A stretch of 64,000 nt of DNA from Diplonema japonicum (GCA_964019335.1 OZ025712.1:186001-250000), one strand, 5' to 3'. Shown: positions 10,616 to 22,549, counted from the first letter of the stretch. Notes: a model not told the origin generated them from the sequence alone. Numbers and translations are program-made.

Positions 10616-12165
10616 GTGTAGAAAAATAGGCAATAGAAAAGAATGCAACAATGGATTTTCCCCCCCCTCCCTTCCCCCACAAGAAATTATTTTCATCTTA
10701 CTTTTCATTTCATCACCTTCGATCAAAGGAAACAAAATTTTTTTGTATTGAAGAAGGGGGAGGGCCACGTCAAAAAGGTCAGAGATACAGGAAAAAAAAA
10801 AAAAAGGGTGGCGTTTGCTTCTTCCAATTTTCTTTGGTTTAAACTAGAGTTGCAAATACAAGAGGGAAAAAAAAAAGGGGGGGCATTGATTAATAATAAC
10901 GTGATGAATAGCACGGTTTTCTTTTCTTTTTAGGAGTGAACTAATCCTTAAAAGGATAGGTGATAGAATAGAGAAAACCGAGTGGGATAGAACGGCTACT
11001 GTCTTTTTTCTTTTTTTTTTTTTTCTAAGAAAAAAAAAAAAAAAAACAAAGGCGCAGGAAGAGCTGGCAAGTAGGGCCGGGGCTTGTTTGCGCGAAAAAA
11101 AAAAGGGGGAGGGACACACCCTCCTCCCTCCCTTTTTTTTTTTTTTTTTCCTCAACAAATGCTCCCGAGTACTTAAATTCGCAAAAAAATTATTTTAAAA
11201 AAAAATAGAAAGATCAGGCGGGTAAGAAGTTGAGCCGCCTTCTCTAGAACAACCAGACATTTTATAAATCATAAAATTTAGATTTTAGTTTTAAGGGGAA
11301 GATGGATGGGGGAAGATAATTTCATGATTTTCCTCTCCTTCGTTCTCCCCCTCCCTTCCCATGCATACTATTTTTTTTTTTCTATCATACCCTCCATTTT
11401 TTTTCTTTTTTTTTTTTTGAGAAGGGAAAAAGAAAGGTGGTTTAAAAGGTAAATGTGGTTTTCAAAAAAAAATATCAAAAAAGTGATCTGAAGAGGAGGG
11501 GGCCGAAAAGGGACAGAATCGGCTGGGAGCGGTGTTGAAAAGCAAGTCCCACTTGAGGACCCATCCTTAAAATAAAAAAAACAGCGGCTACAAACAACTC
11601 TATGGACCTCGTGTTACTCCCGCAACTGCCAACAGCCATCTTTCAGCCACGCCTACCCCTTTTCTTGTTGACTAATTCTAAATAATAAAGGGGGGAAGAT
11701 TGGCAAAGAATTTTCTTCCTTTCGTTTTTTTTTTTTTTTTTTTTTTTTTTTCTCTTCTTTTCTTCTTTTTTTTTTTCTTGTTTTTTCCTGTTGATGATGA
11801 ATCATCATAAAAAAAAAAAAAAGGAAAGGGGAGAGGAAAAGCCAAATAAAAGGCCCCCACACCCCGTCCTGGGTACTTTCTTTTTGTTTTTTCTTTTCTT
11901 TTTTGTTTTTCTTTTCCAACTCCTCTTTAGCATAAGAGGGAACAAGAGCAGGAAGGGAAAAAAAAAAAGAAAAGGGAAAAAGGGATAATAATAAAATTCA
12001 TATTAATTGTTTTCCCATTTCTTATCTTTTCTTTTTTTTTTCCCCCATTTTCTTTTTTTTCTGCCAAAAAAAAAAAAGGAAAGGGGAGGGAAGGGAAAAT
12101 TGATCTTTTTTTTCTTCTTCTTTCCCCTACCCCATCCTGGGGGGGAGGGGGTTTACTATTTTATT

Positions 12166-12672
12166 TTAGCAAATAGTGCAGCATTCACCTTCGTTATCCT
12201 TTTTGTTCCGTCGCTTTGCTTTTTTGGTGTTGTGGGAGAATTTTTCGACAGATATGTCATTAGCCTTTAAAACAACAGGTGACGAGGCAGCAGGGGGGAA
12301 ATCTTCGCTACACAGTGACTGGCTGCGAGAAGACTTATTTGAGAGTGATTCAAGAACAACCCCTTCAGTACCCAACACACGCAGGTACTCGGTAAAAGTT
12401 GAGGGGATGTGTGGGTAAGACAGTGCATGTGCCAAAACCACTTGTCTGCCTTGTTCTTCCATCGCCAGTAGCTGAGCCTGCTGTTGCGTTGTCACCCTCA
12501 AAACACGCATTTTATCTTCATCTGTTTCAATTCCCGCCAGTTTCGCAGCAAACATTCTTCTCTTGCTGTTATTGCTACCATCACTCGAGCACCCCACACT
12601 GCTGTTGCAGCTTGCAGACTCGTCGCTTCCTACGAGGCTGTTCGTTCTTGGTGGAGGGATGCCGATTACCAT
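12166..12672 (-). CDS. Hypothetical protein with C-terminal polybasic + CaaX motif (168 aa)
   Basis: Complex-sequence ORF from ATG at 12672, ending KKAKRRNKKDNEGECCTIC*. Confidence 0.7.
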   Translation of the reverse strand: MVIGIPPPRTNSLVGSDESASCNSSVGCSSDGSNNSKRRMFAAKLAGIETDEDKMRVLRVTTQQQAQLLAMEEQGRQVVLAHALSYPHIPSTFTEYLRVLGTEGVVLESLSNKSSRSQSLCSEDFPPAASSPVVLKANDISVEKFSHNTKKAKRRNKKDNEGECCTIC

Positions 12673-12694
12673 TCCTGTTTGTGTTTTACAAACT

Positions 12695-12755
<61 letters not shown>

Positions 12756-13082
12756 TTAGGCGATAAAAAAAAAAAAAAAAAAAAAGAAAAGAAACTTTCA
12801 TCGACCAAGTCCAGGAAAGGATTGGATATTCACAAAAAAAAAAAAAAAAAAAAAATGGGGGAAAGGAGGGGAGGGGAACGAAAAACCTAAACTTTTTTTT
12901 TTTTGCGTGCAAGCACCTGACAACATAAATCGGAAAAAAAAAAAAAAAGAAAGAAAGAAAAAATACTATGGAAGAATAAAGAGGGAGATAGGGCTTTTGA
13001 TGACAAGCACTCTCAGTTTCAGAAGAAATTTTGATATTTTGTGGGGTCTCCACCCACCCTTCCCTCCTTCTCATCAGTATGT

Positions 13083-13146
<64 letters not shown>

Positions 13147-14135
13147 CAGGGTAAATCTATTTCAAAAAAAATGGGGGGGGGGAGAAAGCGCGATTTAAAA
13201 TAAAAAAAAAAGGTTAAGGTTTGCCAACTTTTAAAAACATCCAGTTCCCCCGGCATTGTTCAGTCTCGTGGCATTACAGCATGTTCAAGTGGATTTCAAA
13301 CAACGGGCATAGGTAAACTTAGAGACCAGCAAACTTAATGGCACCAATGTACCCCTCCCCCTCCTGTGTCTCAATTCTTTTTTTTTTTCTTCTTCCTTTC
13401 TTTCCATACATGCAACACGGGGTTCATAAAAAAAAGAAAGAACAAATGCCCCCAGATCAAAAATTTCACGCTTAATTTATTTATTTATTTATTTTGGTTA
13501 ACCCTTCGGCAGGTTTAACCCTTGGCTTGTACAATGACAATTACCGATTCTTTATTTTTTTTTTTTCTTCATTTCATTCGTTGTGGGTTTTTTTTTTTTT
13601 TTTTTTTTTTTCTCTTTCTTTTCTTTAAAAAACCAACAATAAATAACCTGCCCTCCTCCCCCCGGGCTTGCGTTTCGTGGAAAGCTGAAGGATTAAAGTC
13701 AAACATAACGAGCTAGTTAAGTGTCATGAGAAAGAAAAAAAAGGGGGGGGGGAATAGTTAACACAACTCAAAAGGACCATAAAAAATGAGGTGTAAAAAA
13801 AAAAAAAAAAAATCCCTTTCCCCATTCCATCTCCCCTCCTATGCATACTCCTTTCCTTATTTCCCCTCTTTGCTTTTCTATATTGGGTGATGGAAAGAGG
13901 GGGAGAAAAAAAAAATGAGTATAAAAAAAAGGGGGGGTGTCTTTCTTTTCTTTTTGACACTACCCCATTCTCATTCTTTTTCAATAATATTTCCCCCCCG
14001 CCCCCCTCTTTCTTTTCTATATATCCCCACATTCAAAGGGGGGGACACGGAAGGTTTTTTTTTTTTTTTTTGTTCACTCAAAAGCTCTGATGGTTTCTTT
14101 AACAGGTTGGTGGGGTGCCCGTACAATGCAAACCT

Positions 14136-14189
<54 letters not shown>

Positions 14190-14194
14190 CCCAT

Positions 14195-15697
14195 TCATAC
14201 CCGAGGACTACCGGTGGGCTCGGATTCTTGCCGGGAAAAGGTTCTTGTGGAGTTGAGCGTCGTCCTAAGAGGGGACGGCGAACAAGTGGAGTTGGAGAGG
14301 AGCTCGAGAAAGGCAGCTTCTTCGTCAGAATCGTTCGCCTCTTGTTCCGCGAGAATGTCGAGAAAATTCGCCTCCTCGTCGGCTGCGAAACGTGAAGAGA
14401 GATGCGAGGCGGTCGACTGAAGACGGGTAGGGGGGCGGCGGCGCCTGTGGTTCTTATGATGGCTGCTGCTTGTCGTTCGTCTAGCTGTCTCTGGGATGAG
14501 CAGCGACTGGTACGATGGCCCAATAGAATTTGTGTCGTGTTCTTCCTCATCTTTGCATTTTAAAATTCCCGAAAAGAAGTTTCGCTTCACGTTTGACAGC
14601 CTCTGCGACATCTCCTTAGGTTCCACACCACCGTTGTATGCTAGCAGGTCGTCGGTGTTCACCCCCCGCCGCTCCTTTCCCTTGCTTGTTTTTTTTTCCG
14701 CGGTCCCTTTCGCCGGGAGCCGCCATTGTTTCGCGCCGCTTCCCTTGCATTTGTAGAACACCCTTGTTCCCTTTCGCCTCTCTTCCCACACATAATCTGT
14801 GTCTTGCAGAGTCTTCCCGGCGTAGATCCAGTACACTTCAGACTCTGTTTCCTCGCAGTAGAACGGCAGGTCCTGCGCGCGGCTGAAGGACATCTACAAC
14901 AAGACACCAACACGGTGCACCCCTTCCTCCTTCCTTTATATAGAGTTTAAGAAAAAAGAAGGGGATGAAATGAAATGAAATGAAAAAAGAGAGGGGGGGG
15001 GGGAAAAAACGGAAGTTTTTTGTTTTGTTTTTCACTTCAAGGTCTTTTTCTTCAACCCTACACGCAACGTCCTGCCGTCTTCCGCCAATGGGTACGACGG
15101 GGGCAGTCGTTGCGGTCTCGGGGCCTCTCTGGCAGTTGGGGAGAGGGAGAAGTCGGTGGCGTTGAAGCAAGTGGTTTGCCCATGCGGGTCACGAGAAGGT
15201 TGGGAACCAAGCTGAAACTGAAGACGAGCCGAAGGGAAATATCCCTTTGTCGGGTTAGTCGGGGACGGGGAGAGGGAGAAGGGAGACCGTGGCAAGACAA
15301 GAGGCTGGCAAACAGGCGTAGGATTTCTCGCAGCAGCCTGCCGCATCGAAGGCAACATGACCGGCCGTGCCGCTAGGCGGTTGTCGACTACAGAGGGTGA
15401 TTCTTTTAGCATGAGCTCCTCTTCACCACCTTTTTCCCCAGCCACTTTCGCCTCCCTCATCCATTCCACCAGGTATTTTGTTACGAGTTTTCTATAGACT
15501 GTTGTTTCCGGTGGCAGTCCCCTCCCCACCTCTGCCGCTGCCATCATCCTTTCCTGCACCATTCTGTCCCCGTAGCCTGTGATGTTAAGACCGGGGAGCT
15601 GTTTCAACTTTTTCTTCGGTGCTTTTTGCGGCACCCTTCGCTTCTCGCCAATGCTGGGCGCATACCGGGGGGTCCGTACAGGGGGGCCTTGGAACAT
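14195..15697 (-). CDS. WW-domain-like protein, probably 2 exons (~444 aa); alternatively two separate genes
   Basis: ORFs 15697-15062 and 14893-14195 join in phase 0 through GTAGGG...TTGTAG (15061-14894). YVWEERRKGTRVFYKCKGSGAKQWRLP is WW-like. Confidence 0.55.
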
Positions 15698-15848
15698 GTG
15701 TTCCCCTCCCAAAAAAAAAAAACGCCCCCCCCTTTTTTTTGAAGGTGAAGGTAAAAATGAGAAAATGGGAAAAAGAAAAAGGAACCGCCCCCCCCCCCCG
15801 ATTTTTGTGTAAAAGAAGGGGTTAAAACCGGTAAAAAGAAAAAAAATC

Positions 15849-16889
15849 TCAACCGGCAACTTCAACAATCCCGATGAACTCTATAGGCAGAGGGTTTTTC
15901 AAAGCCTGGACGATTGTTGTGCCCCATGTGGCGGGTTGTGTTTGCAGCTCGAGGAGGTGGTCGAAGACAGGCACTGAGGAGGGCTCCAGATGCCCCCACA
16001 CCTCGAAGGACCCAGCCCACTCAGGGTGCGGAGCCGCCGCAATAAAAAACTGCAACGACTCCATCGGCACATGCCGAATACAACACAGCGAATGACGGGC
16101 AATACTGCGGTCGAATCCTGTTACGGGAGTAAGAGCACCCCGTGGGCAGGCCATAGAGTTGTCTGTGACAACTACATCGCCCTGCAGCAAAGCATAAGGG
16201 GGGCCGAAGAACCCATTTTCACCCCAGTTGGGAGGGGTCTTCTCCACACGAAGTATTCGGTTTACAGAGTTCTTCCGCTTCCCCCCGCAGCCGGATGCGA
16301 GGGTGAAGAACGACACCACCATCTCGTGCCGGACTAGGGACACACGGAGTTCGCCAGCTGGGGTTGAAAATTTCGCGACTGTGCCTTCATTGATGGGTGA
16401 TTCTTCTTTCCATAGGGAGACCCAGTCGGGGTCGTGGTTGCGAACAGTGTTTTGTGTTTTAAAGAAGACCTCACGGGTGTATGAGCCTGTTTGATATGTA
16501 AACCCATGACAGGCTGGGTTGTCGTCGCACCACTTCTTGGCGTGGCTCTCAGAGATCCACTCGGCAGTGTGTAGTGTGTGGTCGGATGTGAACGCACCTT
16601 GAGATTTCCGCCATTTTCCAGATGTTTTTTTCGTTGTAAAATAGTAGGTTGAAGCTAGGCAGACCCATATTAAGATTGCGAGGGTTAGGAGGGTGCCTGG
16701 GATGTTCGTTCGTTTCTCTCTTCTCTTCTGTGTGCCTACCTGAGAAATTTTTTCAAGGTCGTCGATGAGGACGCAGCCCCATTTTCTCCCATTTCCCTCC
16801 TCCTTGATGCTGACCATCCGGCCTCCGAGCTCGGCTATCACTGTTACCTTCACGGGGTCTTCCCCGACTTTAGGTTGGTAATAATACAT
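15849..16889 (-). CDS. Membrane-anchored protein with PAN/apple-like and cyclophilin-like domains (346 aa)
   Basis: TM segment TLLTLAILIWVCLASTYYF, then AKKWCDDNPACHGFTY, GPPYALLQG and FFIAAAPHPEWAGSFEVWGHL. Confidence 0.7.
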   Translation of the reverse strand: MYYYQPKVGEDPVKVTVIAELGGRMVSIKEEGNGRKWGCVLIDDLEKISQVGTQKRREKRTNIPGTLLTLAILIWVCLASTYYFTTKKTSGKWRKSQGAFTSDHTLHTAEWISESHAKKWCDDNPACHGFTYQTGSYTREVFFKTQNTVRNHDPDWVSLWKEESPINEGTVAKFSTPAGELRVSLVRHEMVVSFFTLASGCGGKRKNSVNRILRVEKTPPNWGENGFFGPPYALLQGDVVVTDNSMACPRGALTPVTGFDRSIARHSLCCIRHVPMESLQFFIAAAPHPEWAGSFEVWGHLEPSSVPVFDHLLELQTQPATWGTTIVQALKNPLPIEFIGIVEVAG

Positions 16890-17211
16890 TGTTTTCTCCC
16901 TCCTCCCACCTTCCCTCCCTCTCTACCTGGGGGCGATTATTTTTTTAATGGGAATGGAGTGGGGGGGGGGAAGGAATAGTTGGCGGGGTGTGTTTTTTTT
17001 TTTCCCGGCTTTTTTGTGGTATGCAAGTTCCTCCTCAAAAAAGAGGGATTGGGGCAGGGGGGGGGGGGAGGGAACTGAAAGGAAGTAGAAGCGGGTGAGA
17101 CCCCCCCCCCCCCCTCCCTCCCTCCTAAAACACTTTTTTGATTCTGTAAACTGTCCCCCCCCCCCCCCCCCCCCACTTCCATTTCAAAAAGTTTTTTAAA
17201 AAAAACTTTTC

Positions 17212-18139
17212 TTACGTCTCTCTGAAGGATCGTTGACCCATCCAACTCCCGCTCTGTGAGGTTTTTTTTTATTTAAAAATGTAGTTCCGGTTAACATACA
17301 GCAGAGGGATACATGGGCTGCTCGGGCTGAGGGGCATTGTCGAACATCTGAGTAGTGGGAGCAGACCCAGGGGGGGGTGTGATATGCGCAGGGTTGAAAC
17401 TAGTAGGAAGGGCTTGCTGCATGGAGTCTTCTTCCTGCTGCTGCTTCCGTGTTTCGAGCGCCTCTTCCCGCTGTCGCTGGAGTCGGAATATCTTGTTCGC
17501 GACAGGGTCGTTGTTGCCGTAGTACCGGTCTTTGATGTTCTGGTGCTTCATCTCGGACTCCTCGGGTTTTTCGTGGCGGTAAGGACACTCCTTGCCCCTT
17601 CGGCATTCGCCTTTTACGAAGAATGAACAGATGTTAGGACGGTTCTTCTCGTAATTGTGGGAGGTTCTGGCGAGCTTCTGCAGCTCTGTGTTGGTAGCAT
17701 GTCTTGTTTCTCCCGACTGGTGAGGTGTCAGCTGCCCCTTTGCCAACGCTACTTCGTTCCGCTCAGCAAAATATTCTCTCTGCACATCACTCAGGTGTCT
17801 TTGCACATCGTCACCTTTGGCGTATGCGTCTCTCACTGCAACGGGCAGCCCGTATTCCAAATCGTATATGCAGCATTGGCATACATTTTTCGTCTTAGAA
17901 CAGGCCTGGCAAAGCACTGTGGTCTTGTACCTGCTGTCCTTCCCAGGCTTCCACCTGAAGCAGGTCATTGGTCTTTTGCACACGGTGCACTCCTTGTCGT
18001 GCTCGCTTCTGATCATTCTCACGAACTCGCTTGGTCCAAGGCACGTTTCGCACAGTATGGGGAAGTCGCTCGCCGCCTCCCCTTTGCTGAACTTCGCACC
18101 GCCCTTTGCAGCGGTTTTGAGCGCTCCCGCAGACGCCAT
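17212..18139 (-). CDS. RBM22: Pre-mRNA splicing factor RBM22/Slt11-like, 2 exons (~293 aa), no RRM
   Basis: DFPILCETCLG..ECTVCKRPMTCFRW..CQACSKTKNVCQCC..NRPNICSFFVKGECRRGKECPYRHE..NIKDRYYGNNDPVANK. Intron 17299-17254 (GTATGT...CACAG); last exon SGSWMGQRSFRET*. Confidence 0.9.
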
Positions 18140-18216
18140 TTTTTTTTTTTTTCCCTCTTTTTTTGTTTCCTCTCTCCCCGCCTTTTAGTGAAGATTTGAA
18201 GATAATTGAACCGGGT

Positions 18217-18252
<36 letters not shown>

Positions 18253-18278
18253 ACGTGTCGCCCCCCCTCTCCCCAGTT

Positions 18279-18357
18279 CTACTTATGGTAATACGTTGTA
18301 GTTTTATCGGAAAGTTCACCAACACCGCCCTGAACGTTTTTTTTTTATATTTTTTTT

Positions 18358-18394
<37 letters not shown>

Positions 18395-19569
18395 CATACC
18401 CTTCTTATTTCTGCAGCAGGACTCCCCGCACCGGGGAATATAAACTTGCCAAGGAATGAAGTATGCAGCACCTGTTCCCATTTGCCTCCGTATGACCCGA
18501 CCGTCTGCCTGTCGTGGTCCGGGGTGACACCGGAGCCGAGGTTGGCGGGGATGAGGGAGAGCCAAGCTTCTTCAAAACCGCAGAATTTACAAGTCCGCAT
18601 ATTGATGGCTTCTCCTGTGTTGTGCTCGTCGGGAGTGGCACCTACAACACGGCGGCCCCAGGAGGTCCGGTGGCGGCATTTGATACAAATGAGGCAGTCG
18701 TTTCGCAGGGAGTTCCACTTCACTTCTTCAACAAAGCAGTTCTCGCAGTCGACGGTTGGGCATTTCCACAATGCATACTTCACACAGTCGAGCTCCACTT
18801 CCTTCTTCTGCCCCAATGTGAGGTTGTTCCACAGCATTTCGTCATCGGGATGGCCCTCCATGAATATTTTACAGTCTGAACACCATCTAACGTCCCAGTA
18901 CTTATAGTATTCTAGATATTCCGACGCTTTGATGTAAAAGAGTATCAGAGATATTAGAATGGCGTGCCAATATTTGTACAGAAAGGGGAGGATGGGTGGG
19001 CCCGTTGTCAGAATGAAACGTTTGTTGTTTCTCGTGGTGGCGTCGATGGCGCCGGCGTATTCAAGAAGTTTGACATCCCACTCCCTTCCCTTGAAGTACA
19101 CCTTGAAGATCTTTTTGAACTGTCGATCGACCCAGTACCTGTTCACTATATGTGCCACGCCTGCTCCGGGATACGTGTCAAGAGTTCCATTTTTTCGTGA
19201 CATGACGATGGTGATGGTGTTGTGGTGCTTCGTGGACTTTGAGAGATGGATGCCTAGGTTTCGGGAGAGTTCTTTAGTGACGTGCGAGCCTGCGTCACCG
19301 AGGAGGTACATTCTGACATCTACGCCTGTGTCGTTTTTGATGTTCTGGAGCTTTTCGTTGAGGTCTTTGAACCCTGCGTCTTCTTGGAACACTCCTGCGA
19401 TATCCATCACGTGGCAGCCTTCGGGCATTGCAGGTATCGTTTCCCAGTACTTCACCTTGAGATCGTTGAACAAAGGATTGTTCTTTCCGTGGGATTTCCT
19501 CCAATCCTCTCTGACAACCGCCGCCCATTGCCGGAATGCGCATCGCGCCATCCTTGTCTGCGACAGCAT
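18279..19569 (-). CDS. TPM-domain membrane protein with zinc ribbons, probably mitochondrial, 2 exons (~406 aa)
   Basis: VMDIAGVF..LNEKLQNIKNDTGVDV (TPM), a TM helix, and several CxxC pairs. Arg-rich N-terminus. Intron 18399-18330 (GTATGC...TTCAG). Confidence 0.7.
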
Positions 19570-19633
19570 TTTTTTTTTTTTTTTTACTCCCTTGAAAATT
19601 TTCGGGGAGGGAGGGGAAAAAAAAACTTATGTT

Positions 19634-20290
19634 TTAAACTGTGTTTAGTATTTTTCTCCTCTTTCTTCGTTTCGTGGAGTCTTTGGGAATAAGGGGTTGT
19701 GTGTTTAGAGGTTTCGTGGTGGTCTTTACGGGGTATCTCTCCGTGATTAGCCGTTTTCCTTTGAACGAAGTGGTGCCGGCTACGACGGACGGTTTCAAAG
19801 CCTTTGCAAACGACCGCTGGATGTCTTCCTCTTCATCCTGTTTTAACGCATTTTTCGGGTAGTCTTTGGAAAAAGACTGGGTTTTCTTTTTTTTAACGGC
19901 AATCTTGAAACGGGTAACGACCGCTGCCACCATCACGAATGTGGCGGAGCACGACAGGCGGTTGTTTGCAAACGTGTTCCAAAGGGCTCCTATGAGCGAC
20001 AGGGCGTTGGCGATCCCCACCACGTACACGAGAAACAGCACAGAAGCACAGCCAATGGGTATCGCTTGGTTCAGAAAATCTATTTTTTTGTCGAGTTCCA
20101 TGTTTTCTTCGATCAGCAAACGGATTTCCGGGATGTTTCTACGTTGGACCTCTGAAAGTTCCTCGCCGGCTCTGTCCAGTACAAGCTCGCTCAGCCTGCA
20201 CAGGTCCTGGTTTTGCGTGTTCCTCGCGTGGTCAAAAAGCTTTCTAACCGGCGACAATACATCCTGCTCTTCTTCCTTTTCGGACAGCAT
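19634..20290 (-). CDS. Hypothetical membrane protein (218 aa)
   Basis: ATG-started ORF in complex sequence with 2 hydrophobic segments. Confidence 0.65.
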   Translation of the reverse strand: MLSEKEEEQDVLSPVRKLFDHARNTQNQDLCRLSELVLDRAGEELSEVQRRNIPEIRLLIEENMELDKKIDFLNQAIPIGCASVLFLVYVVGIANALSLIGALWNTFANNRLSCSATFVMVAAVVTRFKIAVKKKKTQSFSKDYPKNALKQDEEEDIQRSFAKALKPSVVAGTTSFKGKRLITERYPVKTTTKPLNTQPLIPKDSTKRRKRRKILNTV

Positions 20291-20346
20291 TTCCCTCCCT
20301 CCCTCCCTTTGACAATCTCAAAAAAAAAAAAAAAAATAGCAGAAAG

Positions 20347-20383
<37 letters not shown>

Positions 20384-20397
20384 GGACAAAATGTACA

Positions 20398-22095
20398 TCA
20401 AGGCTGATTCCCCTTGAGGTAATCAGCCAGCGAGATGTCCATAATCGACTTGTTCTGCCCAACCACCGCCTCATGGTACGCTTCGAAATTGTCGGAGAAT
20501 TCTTCAGCAGCGCGGCCCCTCCAGTCAGCCTGTGTAATGGCAGCGATGCATGGGCCTTTCAGCTCGTAAGGCAGCTTAACCCGTGTGGTTTGCAGTTTTT
20601 GTAGGATCCCAGAAGCGAGCTGGATGTCGGCGACCACGCAGGCTGAATAAAGGAGATGGGAAAAGGCATTCCTGGAGAGAGGAGTGGAGGGGTACGCTTC
20701 GGTGTGCTCTGCGGTCCATCGAAGACCTGAGTCCAAGTCATCAGCTTGACATGACAGCACCACAGCCACGTCATAGCACTCCGGGGTCACCTTCACACCT
20801 TTCGCCTTCATCATCGATATGATCTTTTCGTACTGTCTCTCGTGCGACCTGTATGTGAAGCCATGAAGCGCAGCGAGGCACGGCAATGCAGACTCAGTTT
20901 TCTTCGAAGCCGCTACACTATATTCAACGGCTTCCTTGAGCAAGCCTTGCCCGCATAGATGCGATGTGGCGAGCATTTTTGCGTGCGGGCCGTCTGAGTG
21001 TTTCACTTCAACTGAAGGGAAGTCGCTTTCAGCGAGCTTTAACACAGATTGTTGGTACCACTCCACATTTCCGTACGGTGCGGGTAAGGTGTTTTTTGGA
21101 AGCGCGTGAGAGATGGTGCAGAAACCCTTGACGAACAGTGTTGGGTTCCTGTCCATCACAATGTGTTTGAGGTACACCGCCATCCCCTGTGCTGAGCCGT
21201 CGGTATCGTTGCTCGGTTTCGAGAATTTTTCCATGATTTTGTAAGCGAGGCCTGGATCGTGGTTGGAACAGTAGCATACAGCGTCGCGAAGGATGCCCTT
21301 GTTGATCATTGTCCCGTCGGGGATGAGGTCGCAGAGAGAAGAGTGTGCGGTCAACGGACCGTGGAACTCAGTAAGGGTTTGCATGAATTTCACGAGAACA
21401 CCCGGCGGTATGACGTCCTCGCATTCCCGTAACACCTCTGCAGCCAGTAAACCGTCCTTCATGAGTATCGATGTGTTGAGCAGAACCTTCGCCATGTGGA
21501 TCGTTACCGGAACACTGTCCGCCATTACCCTCTTCCAGAAGACCCTTGCGTCTCGATGCATGATATTGTAGATTCGTATCAAAGCGGTGTAAGCTGCAGG
21601 GGTTACCTCCAGCCCTCGGTGGGAGAGCTGTTCCAAACAGTGGTTCGCCTCAACGATCGGGTTTTCCACGGCGTACCCCATCACTAACTGTTCCGCTAGA
21701 TTCTGCAGGTAGATGGTATACGTTGCGGAGTTCGGGGTGGAGATGCTCGTGTTGGATTTCCACTCCATTTTTTGTAGTAGCCTTTTGACGGGGCGGAATG
21801 CCCATCCAGCTTTCTTCCTTGGGGCGAGTGCCATGTATGCGGACATTACTGTGTTCAGTGTATCTGCACTGAGTTGCACGTTCGGTGCGGCGTAGTTCCA
21901 TTCCGTGTGTTCTGTCATCGCTACGTATTCTCTTATGACTGTTGGGGGGTCGCTCGCCTGTATTCGTTTCGTGAAGAAACGCAGCACCGGTTCATCGTCC
22001 TTGGCACCCATCAGCTCCCTTTTAAAGAATTCCGTTTCAGACGCCTTCGCCGCGGCGGCGACCGTGCACCACCGCTTGGTTATCGTTCGAAGCAT
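20398..22095 (-). CDS. PPR-like helical-repeat protein, probably mitochondrial (~565 aa)
   Basis: Motifs TLNTVMSAY, PNSATYTIYL, VTPAAYTALIRIY and MKAKGVKVTPECY. Presequence-like MLRTITKRWCT. Confidence 0.75.
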   Translation of the reverse strand: MLRTITKRWCTVAAAAKASETEFFKRELMGAKDDEPVLRFFTKRIQASDPPTVIREYVAMTEHTEWNYAAPNVQLSADTLNTVMSAYMALAPRKKAGWAFRPVKRLLQKMEWKSNTSISTPNSATYTIYLQNLAEQLVMGYAVENPIVEANHCLEQLSHRGLEVTPAAYTALIRIYNIMHRDARVFWKRVMADSVPVTIHMAKVLLNTSILMKDGLLAAEVLRECEDVIPPGVLVKFMQTLTEFHGPLTAHSSLCDLIPDGTMINKGILRDAVCYCSNHDPGLAYKIMEKFSKPSNDTDGSAQGMAVYLKHIVMDRNPTLFVKGFCTISHALPKNTLPAPYGNVEWYQQSVLKLAESDFPSVEVKHSDGPHAKMLATSHLCGQGLLKEAVEYSVAASKKTESALPCLAALHGFTYRSHERQYEKIISMMKAKGVKVTPECYDVAVVLSCQADDLDSGLRWTAEHTEAYPSTPLSRNAFSHLLYSACVVADIQLASGILQKLQTTRVKLPYELKGPCIAAITQADWRGRAAEEFSDNFEAYHEAVVGQNKSIMDISLADYLKGNQP

Positions 22096-22147
22096 CTTCT
22101 CCCCCACTTTTTTTTAAAAAAAAATTTTTGTGCAAGAACGAGTCTTT

Positions 22148-22549
22148 GACTCCTTTACTCCTTGACGTTGGCAACGTGTTTCGGGTTGACAAACTTCTCC
22201 AGGTTTTACCCGGCACGTACAAACAAAAATATGACGGCACTAGACTGGGCACTAGACTGGGATGATCTGGTCCAATACGCGGACCTCGAATACCCGTCGG
22301 GAAGCGTGCACCTCACCTCGCGGATTGCATCTTCGAGGAGTGCGAAACCTCGCACGGTGACACTGCGGTGCACTGTGCGAGGTGTGGCGCTAAAGGGCAG
22401 AGGACATGTTTGTCCTCTCGCTGCCCGCCACGCCTAAGTTAGGCGTTTCTTCCAGTGGAAGATTCCACCCAGTGGGTGTGCCCCCCATGCATTTGGGCGG
22501 TTAAAAAGCTTGGTGAAGCTTTCGTCCAGACGGACCCGGAGGTGGAGTT
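22148..22549. other. Multibranched palindromic / structured non-coding element (~400 bp)
   Basis: Ends are complementary, there are at least 8 internal hairpins, and there is a 12-bp tandem duplication (see findings). Confidence 0.6.

Noticed and set aside
22428-22447. Telomerase-template-like CCTAAC
   Set aside because: It is not a 1.5x CCCTAA repeat and is buried in a hairpin.
22520-22545. Hammerhead-like GTCC-GTCT-GGAC-GAAA on the minus strand
   Set aside because: The CUGANGA core is missing.
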